From contig NC_133619.1 of assembly GCF_048593235.1 (NCBI RefSeq), forward strand, positions 636,842,558 to 636,906,557: a DNA stretch of 64,000 nt. The letters are read 5' to 3'. This document shows, one piece after another, positions 1 through 12,584 of this stretch (positions within the stretch are counted from its first letter, which is position 1; every line of letters begins with the position of its first letter). The notes below the pieces were generated by a model. The model ran no database searches. It was given only the letters and a program-made list of their open reading frames with translations, and was not told where the DNA came from. The DNA is from Sminthopsis crassicaudata (Eukaryota). Position numbers and translations under genes: made by a program.

Positions 1-639
1 GATCCAGTTGCCAGTAGGTCCAGGAGTGACCCTTATGCTGGAATTTACAACTAGCTTTGAGGTCTAAGGAAACAACCTTTCAGGACCCAGGACAGCAATA
101 TTTGAGCAAAGAGATTAGTTGGCCAACCCACAATCAAGAGTAGCAATGCTACCCTAGATCTGAACTTGGTGGAATCAATGTTATGTAAGAAACTGCATTA
201 AGATTGAGCCCACTCACCCCAGACACTAAGGTGGTAGAGGTGCCAGTATACCCCTGAAATATTGAGAAAAACATTTTGTATTTCTGTTCTTGGTAATGAT
301 TAAATGGAAGTATGGTACCAGTATCTGATGGCTAACAGGAGGGAACCACATCAAGTTCATAGGACTAGAGAAGAGACATCCCAACCTCTTAAGGAAACCC
401 CTAGAAATTGGAAAAGATATACCCATTATCTCTGGTTGACCAAAGGAAACTCAGTTTTTAGGGAGTGATCAAGGAAGGAATTAGATGCCTATTTTTGGAG
501 AATTAACTCCAAACTGGACCAGAAATCTCAACATTTGCATCAAGTCTAAATTTGGTACTTTGTAGTTCCCATCCACTGTTCCTTGTTTTCCTTTCTATGG
601 CAAACAGAATAAATTTGCTCCTTTTACAAAATACTTTCA

Positions 640-2210
640 AATACCTGAAGGCAACAACTCTCATGTTTTCCTATGTAAATCTGCCCAATTCCTTCAGTCA
701 CAGACTGACCCTTTTGAACACAATACTCCAGGATTAGAACTGGCAAAAGCAGGGAACAATTTTCTATAGCTTATTCCTAGAATGTCTCCCCTTAAAGCGG
801 ACTAAGACTGCCTTTGCTTTTGTGGCTACCACAGCACTTACACTGGCTTTGTAGCCCACTTAAAACCCGCAGATCTTTTTCTGAACAACTATCTTTCTGT
901 GCTTACCCATCATCCACTTGTGAAATAGATATATAAGTGCAAGACTTTTAATTATATCTCTATTTTCAACATCTTCAATTTGGACCAATGCTTATGAAGA
1001 TTCTTTTGGAATTTGATTTTTGTCTTCTGTTCCAGCTATCCCTCCCAGCTTTACATTATCTGTGAATTTGGCAAACTTGCCATCTGTAGCTTGATAAGTT
1101 ATTGATCAAGAAGCTAAAATAGCATAGACCTCTCGTCTACTTATATTCATTAAATTCTATTTCCTAATTTTGATGATTTTTTTTAACTTCCAGACGTCAT
1201 CTGGACTCTGATCTTTAGGGGTTACTTGACAGCTTGTTCAAATGGTTGCATTTCTCTGACCTTGGTGTTCACTTTTTCCATTTCAGATTCACTTGGGAAA
1301 GTACTATGAGACATTTTAATTTGGGCTAAAAGTGTTCCCATTCTGCCATACCATCCGACATATGGTAGATGGGCTGGTGAATAACCTAGCCTCGAGTTCA
1401 ATCTTTATAAAGAGAAGATTTGTAAACTTTCAAATTCAAGGTTTTCTGTCTGCCAATAAAAAAGCAAAATCATACTTTAGAAATAACCTTTTGAAGTTAG
1501 GGAAAAAAATCAAAATAGAACCAAGCAGAGATTCTTTTGGTTCCCTACTGGAAACCTCTTGCCACGCTGGCTATAAAAAATACTTGGAACCTAGCTATCC
1601 AAACAATTCTATCTGAATGTCTTATCAAATCCATAGTCCTCCATCTTTTCAAGAAATGTTAAATGAACGCTCCAGCATCCTTCTCATCATTACTTTCATC
1701 ACAACCCTTTCCAAAAAGGAAATGAGACTGTCCGAGTGGGATTTGAACTTGGGTCCTCCTGACTCCATGGCTGGAGCACGGTCTAGCTGTCCCAATGTGA
1801 AATGTTTTTGATGAAGCTAAGCTGGTTCTTTGCAAGGTTGTTTATTTTTAGACGCTTGCCATTCACATGTTTAATTGAGAATTTTTCCAGGAATCTAAGT
1901 GAAGTGGACTGGCCTCCAGACTGCAGATTGTTTTCTTCCCTTTTGTGTTTGTTGGGACATTTTTCTTCCTCCGGTTTGGGTGCGTCTCTCCCATTTTCTG
2001 TGATCTCTCTGCAATAGCTGTGGCCAGGTCTTTCACATCCCAGGGATTTATGTCATTCATCAGTGCCAGGAGCCAGTACTATCTTTTACTGTCTCCTTAT
2101 CTTGGGTATCGATTCCTTGTCCCTTTTTGTTGTGTCGAGCAGCTCTATTTTCTCTTTGTCATCAGTTATCGTCACCCCTTCTCTCCCAAGCAAAGGTCCT
2201 ATCCTTTTTG
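640..2210 (-). mobile_element. Decayed CR1/L3-type LINE fragments (about 640-1125 and 1505-2210), interrupted
   Basis: Segments such as gaacacaatactccagga, ctatccctcccagcttt, ccaaaaaggaaatgagact and gatgaagctaagctgg resemble the antisense CR1/L3 ORF2 consensus as recalled; no intact ORF. Confidence 0.6.
1731..1790 (-). mobile_element. tRNA-derived SINE 5' fragment inserted in the CR1 copy
   Basis: Reverse complement reads ...ggagtcaggaggacccaagttcaaatccc, a B-box-like SINE head. Confidence 0.55.
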
Positions 2211-2810
2211 ATTCCGACGTAATGGGACTCAGTTGAAGGAGATGGACTAAGCGGCCTTAGGTGGCAGGGGCTACCTGGGCACCTAGCAGGTGTCCCACAT
2301 GACAACTGAGGTGCTGCCCTACAGTGAGAACTGTCCATACTTGGCTCCCTTTCTCCTTTCTGCACTCCGAGAAGCAGGTTCTCACTTCATTAACTAAAGT
2401 AACCAGATGGCAAAACGCTCAATCCCACAGCTAAGTGTTTTCATCAGCACATTATCTAGTGCGCACGTACAGGCTTTGCCAAAGCTAGCGTATCTTCATG
2501 CCTTATCACAGGACACCGATAGACTACTCCGGATAGACGTGCGGTTTGGAACATGCAAAGCTGGCCATGATTCAGTTTTTATTTAGAGATCAGAAAAGAG
2601 AAAAATGGGACATTATTCTAAAATACCAAGTGTAGCAGGGGGTTGGTCAAGGAGGTCCTTGATCAGTTGAGGTTCCCCCTGTTCATTTGTTGAAGTTATA
2701 GGTTTTCATGTATAACATGTATTGGATTGCTTGCCATCTAGGGGAGTGGGGAAGGAAAAGGAGAAAATCTGCAACACAAGGGTCAATGTTGTCAATTATC
2801 CATGCCTATG

Positions 2811-3446
2811 TTTTTTTTTTTTTTCCAGGTATAGATTTTTTATTTTATTTTATAATTATAACATTTTTTGACAGTACATATGCATGGGTAATTTTTTACA
2901 ACATTATCCCTTGCACTTACTTCTATTCAGATTTTTTCCCTTCCTCCCCCAACCCCCTCCCCCAGATGGCAAGCAGTCTTATATATGTTAAATATATTAC
3001 AGTATATTCTAGATACAATATATGTGTGTAGAACCGAATTTTTTGTTGCACAGGAAGAATTGGATTCAGAAGGTAAAAATAACAGTTTACATTCATTTCC
3101 CAGTGTTCCTTTTCTGGATGTAGCTGGTTCTGTCCATCATTAATCAATTGGAATTGGATTAGCTCTTCTCTATGTTGAAGAAATCCACTTCCATCAGCAT
3201 ACATCCTCGTACAGTATCATTGTTGAAGTGTATAAAGATCTTCTGGTTCTGCTCGTTTCACTCAGCATCAGTTGATGTAAGTCTCTCCAAGCCTCTCTGT
3301 ATTTCTCCTGTTGGTCATTTCTTATAGAACAATAATATTCCATAACATTCATATACCATAGTTTACCCAACCATTCTCCAATTGATGGACATCCATTCAT
3401 TTTCCAGCTTCTAGCCACTATGAAAAGGGCTGCCACAAACATTTTG
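2811..3446 (-). mobile_element. 5'-truncated LINE-1 (ORF2 C-terminus, 3' UTR, polyA) with 14-bp target-site duplication
   Basis: ORF 3194-3442 (MFVAALFIVARSWKMNGCPSIGEWLGKLWYMNVMEYYCSIRN) is the L1 ORF2 C-terminal motif; poly-T at 2811-2824; CATGCCTATGTTTT at 2801-2814 and 3447-3460. Confidence 0.9.
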
Positions 3447-4004
3447 CATGCCTATGTTTTGAAAATAAAAAGCTTTATAAAAAAAGAAATTATAGTTTTT
3501 GAGTGTACCCATTTGCAAAACACTTATATGGATATGGAAGATAGGCTGGTAAATGACTTAGCCTTGAGTTTAATCTTTATATATTTGTAAACTTTCAAAT
3601 TCGAGATTTTTCTGCCAATAAAAAAAAGCAAAATCACACGTTAGAAATAGACTTTTAAAGTTAGGAAAAAATAAATCCCAGGACCAAGCACAGATTCCTA
3701 TGGTTCCCCACTAGAAACCTTTCGCCACGCTGGCGCTAAACAATACCTGAAACCTAGCTATCCAGACAACCCTGATTCTATCTGAATGTCTCATTATCGA
3801 ATCCACAGTCCTCCATCTTCTTCTCAAGAACAGTATGAGATACTAGTAAACAATTGTTCTGTCCTCTTTTTCCCTCTCTTCATCTCGCCTCCAACAACTA
3901 GATTATTTTGGTTTGACTTTTGTACCTGCCATCTTCATTCTACCATTTCCCAACACAACATGACCACACACCCTTTTTCATACAAGAAAATAAAATGTTG
4001 GTTT

Positions 4005-4140
4005 GCTGGGTGGTGCAGTGGATAGAACACCAGCCCTGAAGTCAGGAGGATCCGAGTTCAAATCTGGCCTCAGACACTTAACACTTTCTAGCTGTGTGAC
4101 ACTGGACAAATCACTTAACCCCCAATTGACTCAGCAAAAG
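4005..4140 (+). mobile_element. Marsupial tRNA-derived SINE (WSINE1/MAR-like)
   Basis: gtggtgcagtggatagaac (A-box), gagttcaaatc (B-box), CORE-like ctagctgtgtgac...aaatcacttaacc and an A-rich tail. Confidence 0.8.
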
Positions 4141-5199
4141 ATTTTTTTGAATAAAATAGTTACTTGGTGGACAAGGTCAGTGAGCTACTCTGCTTGCAAT
4201 TTAGCTTCCCTCATCCTTACTCAAACTGTGCTGGTATCTAAAAGCAGTTTTTTTTTTCATTTACAACTCTTGTTTGCAAAATGCTTTTCCCTCCACCCCA
4301 AGAAAATAAACTATATTTTCAATGGCCTTCATCTTCAAAATATCCCAATAAAATATTATAGGAGAGGATAGGAGAGGACAGACATGGCACTCTACACATT
4401 TTAGATTGCTAAAGGTTATTCGTAGGATTTTGAGGATAGAAAATCATTTTTGCTCAAATTTTAAGTACATGAGTTAGTATTTGCATTCTACCAATTTAAA
4501 AACACAATGTATATTTTAAGAGTTACTTGGTTGAGCAGAACTTTTTCCCCCCTTCTCTTTTCTACTAAATCTGGTGGTAGAGTCTTCAAGGGCAAAATAA
4601 GAAAGACTTAAGGATCTGGGGAAATGTATACTTCGCCAAGCATTTTTTTGACCTTCCAATGGCTTCCTGGTCCAAACTTCTGGAAGAAGGCAGATGCTGT
4701 CAGGAGGTTTTACGTTCTGCCTCTCCAATATCCCTCCTTCACAAATTCCCTGTTTAAGCCATCTCTCCAAACTTGGCACTTTTGTCTCCAGAAGTATTTC
4801 ACTAAGGTGTGATGACAAGGTGTCCTAGATGAAGACTTCTCTGATCTTCACCCTCCACTTGTCAATTTTCTTCCTTTTCCCCAAATGACCTTGCATTGTA
4901 TTTGGCTCCCGGGTTGTATTTGCCTCTCTTCCCCTGCCCCTGATAGAGGGTAAGCTTTTGAAGGGCAGGGGACACCCTTCTTCTAATAAAGTAATTTTCA
5001 CCGGAGAGGTTCTTGATCAGTGTTGAGTTCAACTGAGCTCATCTGGATCTCAAGATTCTACAATATAGCGCAGGGTTTCACAATCACATAATGAACGACA
5101 GGAGCCCGAGGGCTTCAGGTAATAGTTCTCTAAAGTCCCACTGATAACCCTTGGCCCCCGTTCTACAGAATCATAGACCTATGAACCCATTATCAACAT

Positions 5200-5345
5200 C
5201 TGTTGCCATTCAATCATGTGTTCAATTGAGGTTTCTTGGCAGAGTGCGATTTGCCATTTCATCTTCCCATTCATTTTGCAAATGAGGAAACTGAGGCAGG
5301 CAGGGTGACGTGACTTGACTTGTCCGGAGCCATACAGTGACTAAG
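5200..5345 (-). mobile_element. MIR/MAR1-family CORE-SINE fragment
   Basis: tttgccattt...cattttgcaaatgaggaaactgaggca...gtgacttg is the antisense CORE-SINE signature. Confidence 0.7.
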
Positions 5346-5770
5346 CTCTTGCTATTATGGGTCCCCCATGACTACCTTGGTGCTGAGATTGAAACAGCCT
5401 TTTCCCAATGAACCCAGCCAGAGGCCAGAGATCCACAGGGTCTGTCTTTGGCTCTGCTCCTCCCCCCTCCTTTGACCATGGTATTCGAGGTCCAGGATTT
5501 TCATTCCTGATCTTTACTTATCTTTAACAAGGCAATTCAACTCAAGCTAGGAACAGACTGTCATGAATAGTGCCCGAATCAAGAGTTGTTCCTCCCAAGT
5601 TCAAGCTACTCTTTCCTAAAGAGTTAGATATGGGAAGAGAAGGGGCTCGTGGGTAGCTCCAGGACTGCTGTCTGGTCCTACCATCATGTAATAAATAGCT
5701 CAATCCAACATAGAAATCTGGGAACATCCCCTGCCCCCCCATCCCAAACTTGAACTCTGCCCCAAGTCTG

Positions 5771-5783
5771 GTTAATGAGTTAC
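5771..5783 (+). promoter_or_regulatory. Candidate HNF1 site in the PRODH2 proximal promoter
   Basis: GTTAATGAGTTAC, two mismatches to GTTAATNATTAAC, about 130 bp upstream of the ATG; fits known liver/kidney expression of PRODH2. Confidence 0.4.
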
Positions 5784-5914
5784 CCATCCTCTTACCGCCC
5801 ACCAAGGAGCCACTGACCCTAACTGTGTTCTCCCCTGTTAACTGGTCATATGCCGTCCAAGAGGTGGTTCCATTGATTGCCTTCTGTTGAGACGGAGTCT
5901 GGGATTCAGGCCGA

Positions 5915-8900
5915 ATGCTTCGAACCAGCCGACCACTGCTGTCCCGGGGGGTTTCCCAGCTGCAGGGATCAGGAGCCCAGAAGCCCATTTTGCGGTTTGA
6001 TGGAGAAGCTTTCCGCCTCAAAAGGACAGGGGAATTAGTGCGCGCTTTGCTGGTGCTTCGGCTCTGCGCGTGGCCCCCATTGGTCACTCATGGTCTGACG
6101 GTGAGTGTCCTTTGCTCCGGACCCCCCACAGGAGAGTTCTCTAAGGTCCGCCCAATTCCGGTTCTAACACGGTTCTTCAGTCATTTTCTGGTTGTAATTC
6201 TCGTTCTTCCTTCCTATCTCCTAGCTTCTATCTTGGTCCCGGAGGCTCCTGGGCTCCCGGCTATCTGGGGCCCTACTTCGGGCTTCGGTGTATGGGCAGT
6301 TTGTGGCTGGGGAGAGCACGGCCGAGGTGCGAGACTCCGTGCAGAGGCTCCAGGGACTTGGGCTGCGGCCACTGCTGGCTGTGCCCATTGAGGAGGAGCC
6401 GGGGACCGACCGGGGAGGGTGAGAACATGGATCTGGGTGTGGTGGGGGTGGGACAGTGAAAGTTGGGGAGGGAGAGAAATGTTGGGGCTGAGGAGTGGGG
6501 GAGACCAGCAGAATCCCGACACCTCGGCGTCTCTTTCCGTGAGCAGAGAAGCCTGGTACGAGGGAAACCTGACTGCCATGCTGCACTGTGTGGACCTGTC
6601 CTGCGGGCCCCCAGGTTCCCTGCCGGCTCAGCCAGTGCTCATGCAGCTCAAAGTGACCGCGCTGACCAGTGCCGCCCTCTGTGTAAGAGTGTTAAGATGG
6701 GGAGGGGGGGCCTGGACCTAAAGCCGACTCCCTGAACCGTGTACCCCCCTGCTCATTTCAGAAGGAACTGACGCTCAGGCTCAGGGAGCCGGGGACCGCC
6801 AAGGAGCTGAGTCCGGAAAGGCTCGCTGCCGCCATGGAGAGCGGGGAGGTGAGCGTCTCCAAGCCCCGTTAGCCCCGAGCACTTGGGGACGTCTCCCCGA
6901 AGCCCCTGAACCTGAGCTCTGCTCTCCCTCAGGACCTCGGGATTTCCAGTCTCAGTCCTGAGCAGAACCAGCACCTCGGAGCCTCCCTGAGCCGCTTCCA
7001 CCGCATCGCTCAGGTAGCCTCGGGCCTCAGCCCCTGCCAAGGTCCCGGCTCCGGCCCGGCCTCCTCCTGCCCGCCGCCGGCCTCTGACCGCCCCGCACCT
7101 CTCCCCCTCTCCACAGTACGCCCGGAGCCGGGGGGTGCGGCTGCTGGTGGACGCCGAGTACACGTCTCTGAACCCGGCCCTGTCTCTCTTCGTCTCCTCC
7201 CTGGCCCAGCGCTGGAACTGCCGGCAAGAGGCCGACGGGGACGCGGCTCCCTGGGTGTGGAACACCTACCAGGCCTATCTCCAGGTAGTGAAGGGGCAGC
7301 CCAGGGGAAGCTGGGGTTGCTGGGAGCGGGACGGGCCCTCACGCCTTCTCCGCCGCCAGGACACTCACGAGCGGCTGACGCAGGCGGCCGAGGAAGCGGA
7401 GCAGAAGGGCCTGGGCTTTGGGGTGAAGCTGGTCCGCGGCGCCTATCTGGAGACCGAGCGGGCACTCGCCCGGCAGCGGGGGGCAGCGGATCCCACCCAG
7501 CCCGACTACGAGGCCACCAGTCGAAGGTAGACGAGGGGGCGGCTCCCCGGAGGGGAAGGGGCCCGGGGCCCCCGCGCCTCCCTCTCCCCCTCACCCCTTC
7601 TCCCAGTTACAGCCGGTGCCTGGAGCTGATGCTGGGACACGTTTGCCGGCGGGGCTCGCGGTGTCAGCTCATGGTCGCTTCCCACAATGAAGAGTCTGTG
7701 CATCAGGCAGTCAAGAGGTAAAGTGGGGGCCAAGGGGGCCCCGGAGTGTCCCTACGGAGGCCGGACGGTCACAGAGAACAGGAGCAAAGAAATGGGGTGG
7801 GGGAGGGGCTGCGGAGGTGACCATTTCAGTCCCCTTATTTCAAAGGGAAGAGAACTGGTCCAGGAGGCTTCAAGGGTCCCCAAGCTTTCTAGGAGGAAGT
7901 GGCAGATCTGAGGAGGAGGCTGATCTCCCCAAAGAGAGATGTAGGATTTGAGGAAAATGGGGGCCGTGTTCTGGCCTGTGGGCGCTCTAACGAGCCTTCC
8001 TCAGCTGACTTTGCATATTCCATGTAAGGGAAGGAAAGCGGGACTGACCCGGCTCAGAGGCCGCCTTAGACATTCCTGGAGCTGGGAAGCCACAATTAAG
8101 TCACTGAAGCTCCCCCAGCCTCAGTTTGCTCATCTGTAAAATGGGTACAGTCTGCCGGACTCACCCCAAAAGGTTGTCGTAAGGCTCAAATGAGATCAAG
8201 TGCTATATAAATTTGGCTCTTTTGTTAATAGTTTTGCGACTTGACTTGTCTGTAACAAAGTCTCAGTCGATCCAGTCAATGTGCAAGGCGCCGCGCCGGG
8301 CGCTGGAGAGTCAAAGACAAGAATGAACCAGTCTCTGCCAGCGAGGGGCACATGTTCTCAGGGGGCGTAAAACACGGTCACAGATAAACACAAAGCAAGA
8401 GAGGGAAGAGAGGACGAAGGAGGGAGGGCAACGAGAAAAGCTTGGAACAAACCAGGGAGCCGAGGCAGGCCTTGGGGGCTGGCTGGGGCGGGGGGGCTAG
8501 TCGGAGAGGCGCGATAGGAGAGAAAGCTTGGCGCTGTCTGGGGCCGCATGACGGCGGGGTGGGGGGGAGGGAGGGCAGCCCCTGACCCTTCGCCCGCAGG
8601 AGCGCTCTCTCTCTCCCAGAGGATGTGCCCGGGGGGCACAAGGCAGGCCCACACGTCCCCAGTGCCCAGCAGAGCCCCCACAGCATTGATTGGAAAGCAT
8701 TAACCTTGCTCCCCCAATGCCACAGGATGTCAGATCTGGGCATTCCTCCGGACGGGGCCGTGTGCTTTGGACAGTTGCTGGGCATGTGTGACCATGTCTC
8801 CCTTGCCCTGGGTATGTGTTCCCAGCACCCACCAGCCTGTTCTCCAACCCAGAGATGGGCAAGATTCCCATGGGGAGGAGGGGGGACGGCCTTCCCCTGA

Positions 8901-9186
8901 AGCCCCCTAGCTGACCCTTAGTCCCCCATGGTGGTTGAAGTGGGAGGGCCAGGGCAGGGGTGGGAGGACAAGGAAGGAGGCAGTCCTGCCCCTGCCCTAT
9001 GTCTCCTCTCTCCCAGGGCAGGCTGGCTACGCCATCTACAAGTCCATCCCCTACGGAGCTCTGGACGAGGTGATTCCCTACCTGCTTCGCCGGGCCCAGG
9101 AGAACCGAAGCGTGCTTCAGGGGGCCAGGAGAGAACAGGGGCTGCTGAGCCAGGAGCTCCTCCGACGTCTGTCTCGCAGCCCTTAA
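5915..9186 (+). CDS. PRODH2: Hydroxyproline dehydrogenase (proline dehydrogenase 2), 10 coding exons, ~461 aa
   Basis: Exons 5915-6100, 6225-6418, 6547-6682, 6762-6848, 6933-7013, 7117-7284, 7360-7526, 7607-7717, 8726-8811, 9017-9186 (1386 nt, all GT/AG, phase-consistent). Motifs RLLVDAEYT, FGVKLVRGAY, LMVASHNEES, FGQLLGMCD, YKSIPYG, YLLRRAQEN. ATTAAA at 9245-9250. Confidence 0.97.
8096..8215 (+). mobile_element. MIR fragment in PRODH2 intron 8
   Basis: aagtcac...gcctcagtttgctcatctgtaaaatggg...ggttgtcgtaaggctcaaatgagat is the MIR core. Confidence 0.75.
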
Positions 9187-9599
9187 GGCATTGCCCCGTG
9201 TTCCCGCCTCATCTCTGGCCTCCCTTCTCACCCCAACATCCGACATTAAAGGTCCCTAAGAAACCCCCTCTGCCTCTGTCTACGGCTGGGCCAGGAAATG
9301 CGCTTTGCTCGTCGCCGCCTCTGGACCTCAGTCACTTCCTCTACAACATGGGGGGGGGGGTTTGGAGGGGCTCAGTCTGAGCCACTTGGAGATGAGGGGC
9401 CTAGAACCAGAGTAAGGGCTGAAGGGAGGATGCTCTGAGAGCATCCAACAGAGGGGGGCTGCCCCCACAGAGGCTGAGAAGATACCTCGGTTTCTGAGAC
9501 CTGTGAGGTGCCTCAGGACAGGGCTTTAAGGCCCAAGGTCTTTTGAGGCTTCGTTGGCACAATGGGCAGAGGTCTGAGGGGTGCCCATTGGCCTACTTT

Positions 9600-12525
9600 G
9601 GGGTCTCTGGCTGAGGAAAGCCTGGACGGTGTCTGCACCCCCCAGAGGGAGGTCTGGAGAACGGTAAGGGGACAGCAGGGTCGAGAATGAGGGGTACAAT
9701 TCCATGTCCGAGACCCTTTCTCAGGGGTTTCTGACTAGGGAGGGAGCTATGCCATCTTTGAGGCCAGCTGATGGAGGCTGAGGGAAGCTCCTCCGGGAAG
9801 TCAACCAGGTTAAGAATCACTCCGTGGAGTCACCACAGGGAGCCCCGAAAGGGATCCCTCTGTTGGTTCTCTCCGGTCTTTGGGAAGAAGCTTCCAGGGC
9901 AAAAGTTGAGGGATGGGTACCTTTACTGAAGTCCCTAACAAGGGAGCAGCTCAGTGCTATATCTGGATCTGTGGGTTCTCTGACTGGAGGGGAGGCACGC
10001 TCTCTGGGGGAGATTTAGGAGGCACCTCAGATGGAGAACTGAAGAGGCTAAGGGGGAGGCCCTCAATTTATGAGGCTCAGGGAGAAGCCAAGAGGCTCCC
10101 TGTGGAGTGTTTGGGGAGGATGTCCGAGGGGGTACAATCCCTTGAACTTTGGGCTCTTTGAAGCTAAGGGGAGAATCACTCAAGAGTGAGGAGCTCCAGT
10201 CTGTGGAGTTTTGGAGGTCATTTGGTTTACAAGCTGAGGGGAATCTTGAGTTTGTGGGGGTCTCTGGGAGGGTAGAAAGGGTCTCTCAATCTATGGAATC
10301 TGTGGGGTGAGGGGAATCCCTGTTTGTAGTCTCCAGGGGATTGGGGATCCACAATCTAGATGTGGGAGGATCCTTTTTGAGAGATTCATTCCACAGGGGG
10401 ATGGGGAGGTGGGGACTGTGTATTGGGGTAAGGGGCTGGGAGTCCGAAATAGAAGTCCTTAAATTACGGTCTCTGGAAAGGGGCTCTTGGTCTGTAAGAT
10501 CTGAAGGGACTAAGTTTCTGTATGAGGTCCGGGAAGCTACCCTTGATTTCTAGGATGGGTAAGGGGGGCTTCCTGTCTGTTAAGGGGGTCCTTTGGTCTC
10601 TGGAGTGAGATAGGAGTGTCCCTTGACTTATGGAATCTGAGGATCTATGGGGTTTGAGGAAGGAATCCATCTATGGAGCAAATCTCTGGCTCGGAGCTGA
10701 GTGGGAGGGGGTCCCTCCATCAATGAAGAAGCCCTTTCTGGGAGGTCCTAGTGTGGGATGAAAGATGGCTCCCAGGTTGAGGAGAGATCCGAAGTCTAGA
10801 GAGCTTGGGGAGTTCAGGCTGTGGGATGTGAGGGTACCTGTCTCAGGGACGAAGTGAGCAGGTCCTATAGTATGTAAGGTGAGGTTAAGGGGGTGTCTCA
10901 GCCTGTAGGGGACCTCTGGTCTCCAGGTTGTGCAAGGTCTCTGTGTGTGGATCTTTCAGTCTTTGGGGGATAGGGTGAGGAGGGTCCTGAGCCTATGGGT
11001 TGGGGTGAAGCTAAGTCCCTTAGTCTGTGGAGTAAAGTGAGGGGGATCCCTTAGCATCTAGGAAGGCGTTAAAGGGGGTCCTTCTTCTGAGAGGGCTGCC
11101 CCTCAATTTCTAGGATAGAGGGGGGTCCTTTGGTCTGTGGGATAAGGAGGGTCTCTCAGTCTGTGAGAAAGGATTCTGTGGGTCTCGGAGGTATGGGACC
11201 TTCATTCTGTAGAATCCCTGAGGAATCCTTGGTTTTAAGGTGAGATAAGAGATCTTTCTGATCTATGGGGTCTGTGGAGGGCTCCCTCAACCCGGGTGGT
11301 TGGAGGAAGGTTTGGGGGATGTCCCTGAAGTCTGTGGGGTGAGGAGACTTCCTCCTCAGTCTGTGGTTGGGGGAGGGAGCTAGTTCTGGGGCTCTAGGTC
11401 GGGGTGAGCAGAGAATCCCTTATTTATAAGGTCAAGGTCTGGGGGGGGAGGGAGGTGTTCCTCAGTCTCAGATGGGAGTTCTTTGTCTGGGGAATTATGA
11501 AGCCCCTGACTCTATGGAGCAAGGTGGAAGGGACCCTCAGTCTCTAGGGGAACGAGGACCCTTGCTCTCTAGGAATGATCCTTCAGTCTCCAGAGGAGAA
11601 AAATGAGGTGGATCTCTGTCTATAAGCGGGGGGAGGGGGATCCCTCAGTCTCCAAGAAACAAAGGCCCTCAATCTCTACAGGGATGAGGAGACTCAAGTC
11701 TCTGAGGGGTAAGGGAAATTCTAGAAGGGGGAAGAGGGAGGGTCCTGTCAGTCTTTGGGGAATGGGAGTTTCTGACGAAGGTCTTTTGAGAGGGCGAAGG
11801 AGGTCTTCCAGTCTCTAAGCACTAGGACGTCTCATTGCTAAGGAGGGTGAGGGTGGTGAAGGTTTCTGTCTCCAAGAGGGCGTGGAAGACCCTCCAGTGT
11901 CTGAGGGGGCCAGGGGGGTCCATCTGTCTCTGGAGGGTGCGGGCGGGGGGGATCCACTTTCTAAGCTGGGCCAAGGAGTCTCTAAGGGGGCATGAGGGGG
12001 GATCCTTCAGTCTCAAGGGGTCCATTCTGTTTCTACAGCAGGACGAGGGGGGTCTCAGTCTCTAAAAAAGGTAGAAGGGCTCCCTTTAATCTCTGGGGGT
12101 GAGGGAGGTTCATCTAAATCTCTAGGGGACATGGGAGGGGTCTCTTCAGTCTGTGGGGGGTGAGGGGGGTCCATCTAAGTCTCTGAGGGGTGAGTAAGGG
12201 GGTCTCTGTCTCTGGGGATGAAGGGAATCACCAGAGGGGGTGAGAGAGGTCTCAGTCTCTAAGGTGGGGTGAGGGGGCCTAGGGGGCGTGGGGGTCTCTG
12301 GGGGGAGATGAAGGTGATCTCTAAGGGGGGAGTAAGGGAGGGCTCTCAGTCTCTTGGGGGGGGGTGAGGGAGTCTCTAAGAGGAGGTGAGGGGGTCTCTA
12401 AGGAGGGAGAAGGTGGTCTCTAGGGGGGTCGGGGATCTCTAAGGGGAAGATGAAGGGTTTCCAGGGGGGATTTAAGGGGGGGTTTCTCAGGTCTTTAAGG
12501 AGGGGGTGAGGGGGTCTCTCAGGTC
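9600..12525. repeat. Degenerate G-rich, strand-biased minisatellite-like tract
   Basis: Recurrent ~25-30 nt motifs of the type gagggggtccctcagtctctagggg and gtctgtgggg, most regular at 12060-12525. Confidence 0.55.
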
Positions 12526-12584
12526 TCTAGGAAGCTACAGGCCGAGGAGCAGGTTCTGTCTCTGTCCACCGCGGCTCCGGCGCC

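Noticed and set aside
1-540. Possible ERV or other retroelement remnant
   Set aside because: No diagnostic gag/pol/LTR motif could be identified by eye.
2220-2700. CpG-retaining unique segment between repeats, possible enhancer or ncRNA
   Set aside because: No convincing motif cluster, box C/D or H/ACA elements, or stable hairpin seen.
5542-6087. 181-aa antisense ORF over PRODH2 exon 1, and similar shadow ORFs across KMT2B and ARHGAP33
   Set aside because: Antisense or alternative-frame shadows of GC-rich coding exons.
9485-9592. Possible minus-strand coding exon (ANGHPSDLCPLCQRSLK...) with a gtatct donor
   Set aside because: Poor acceptor, no linked exons and no homology recognised.
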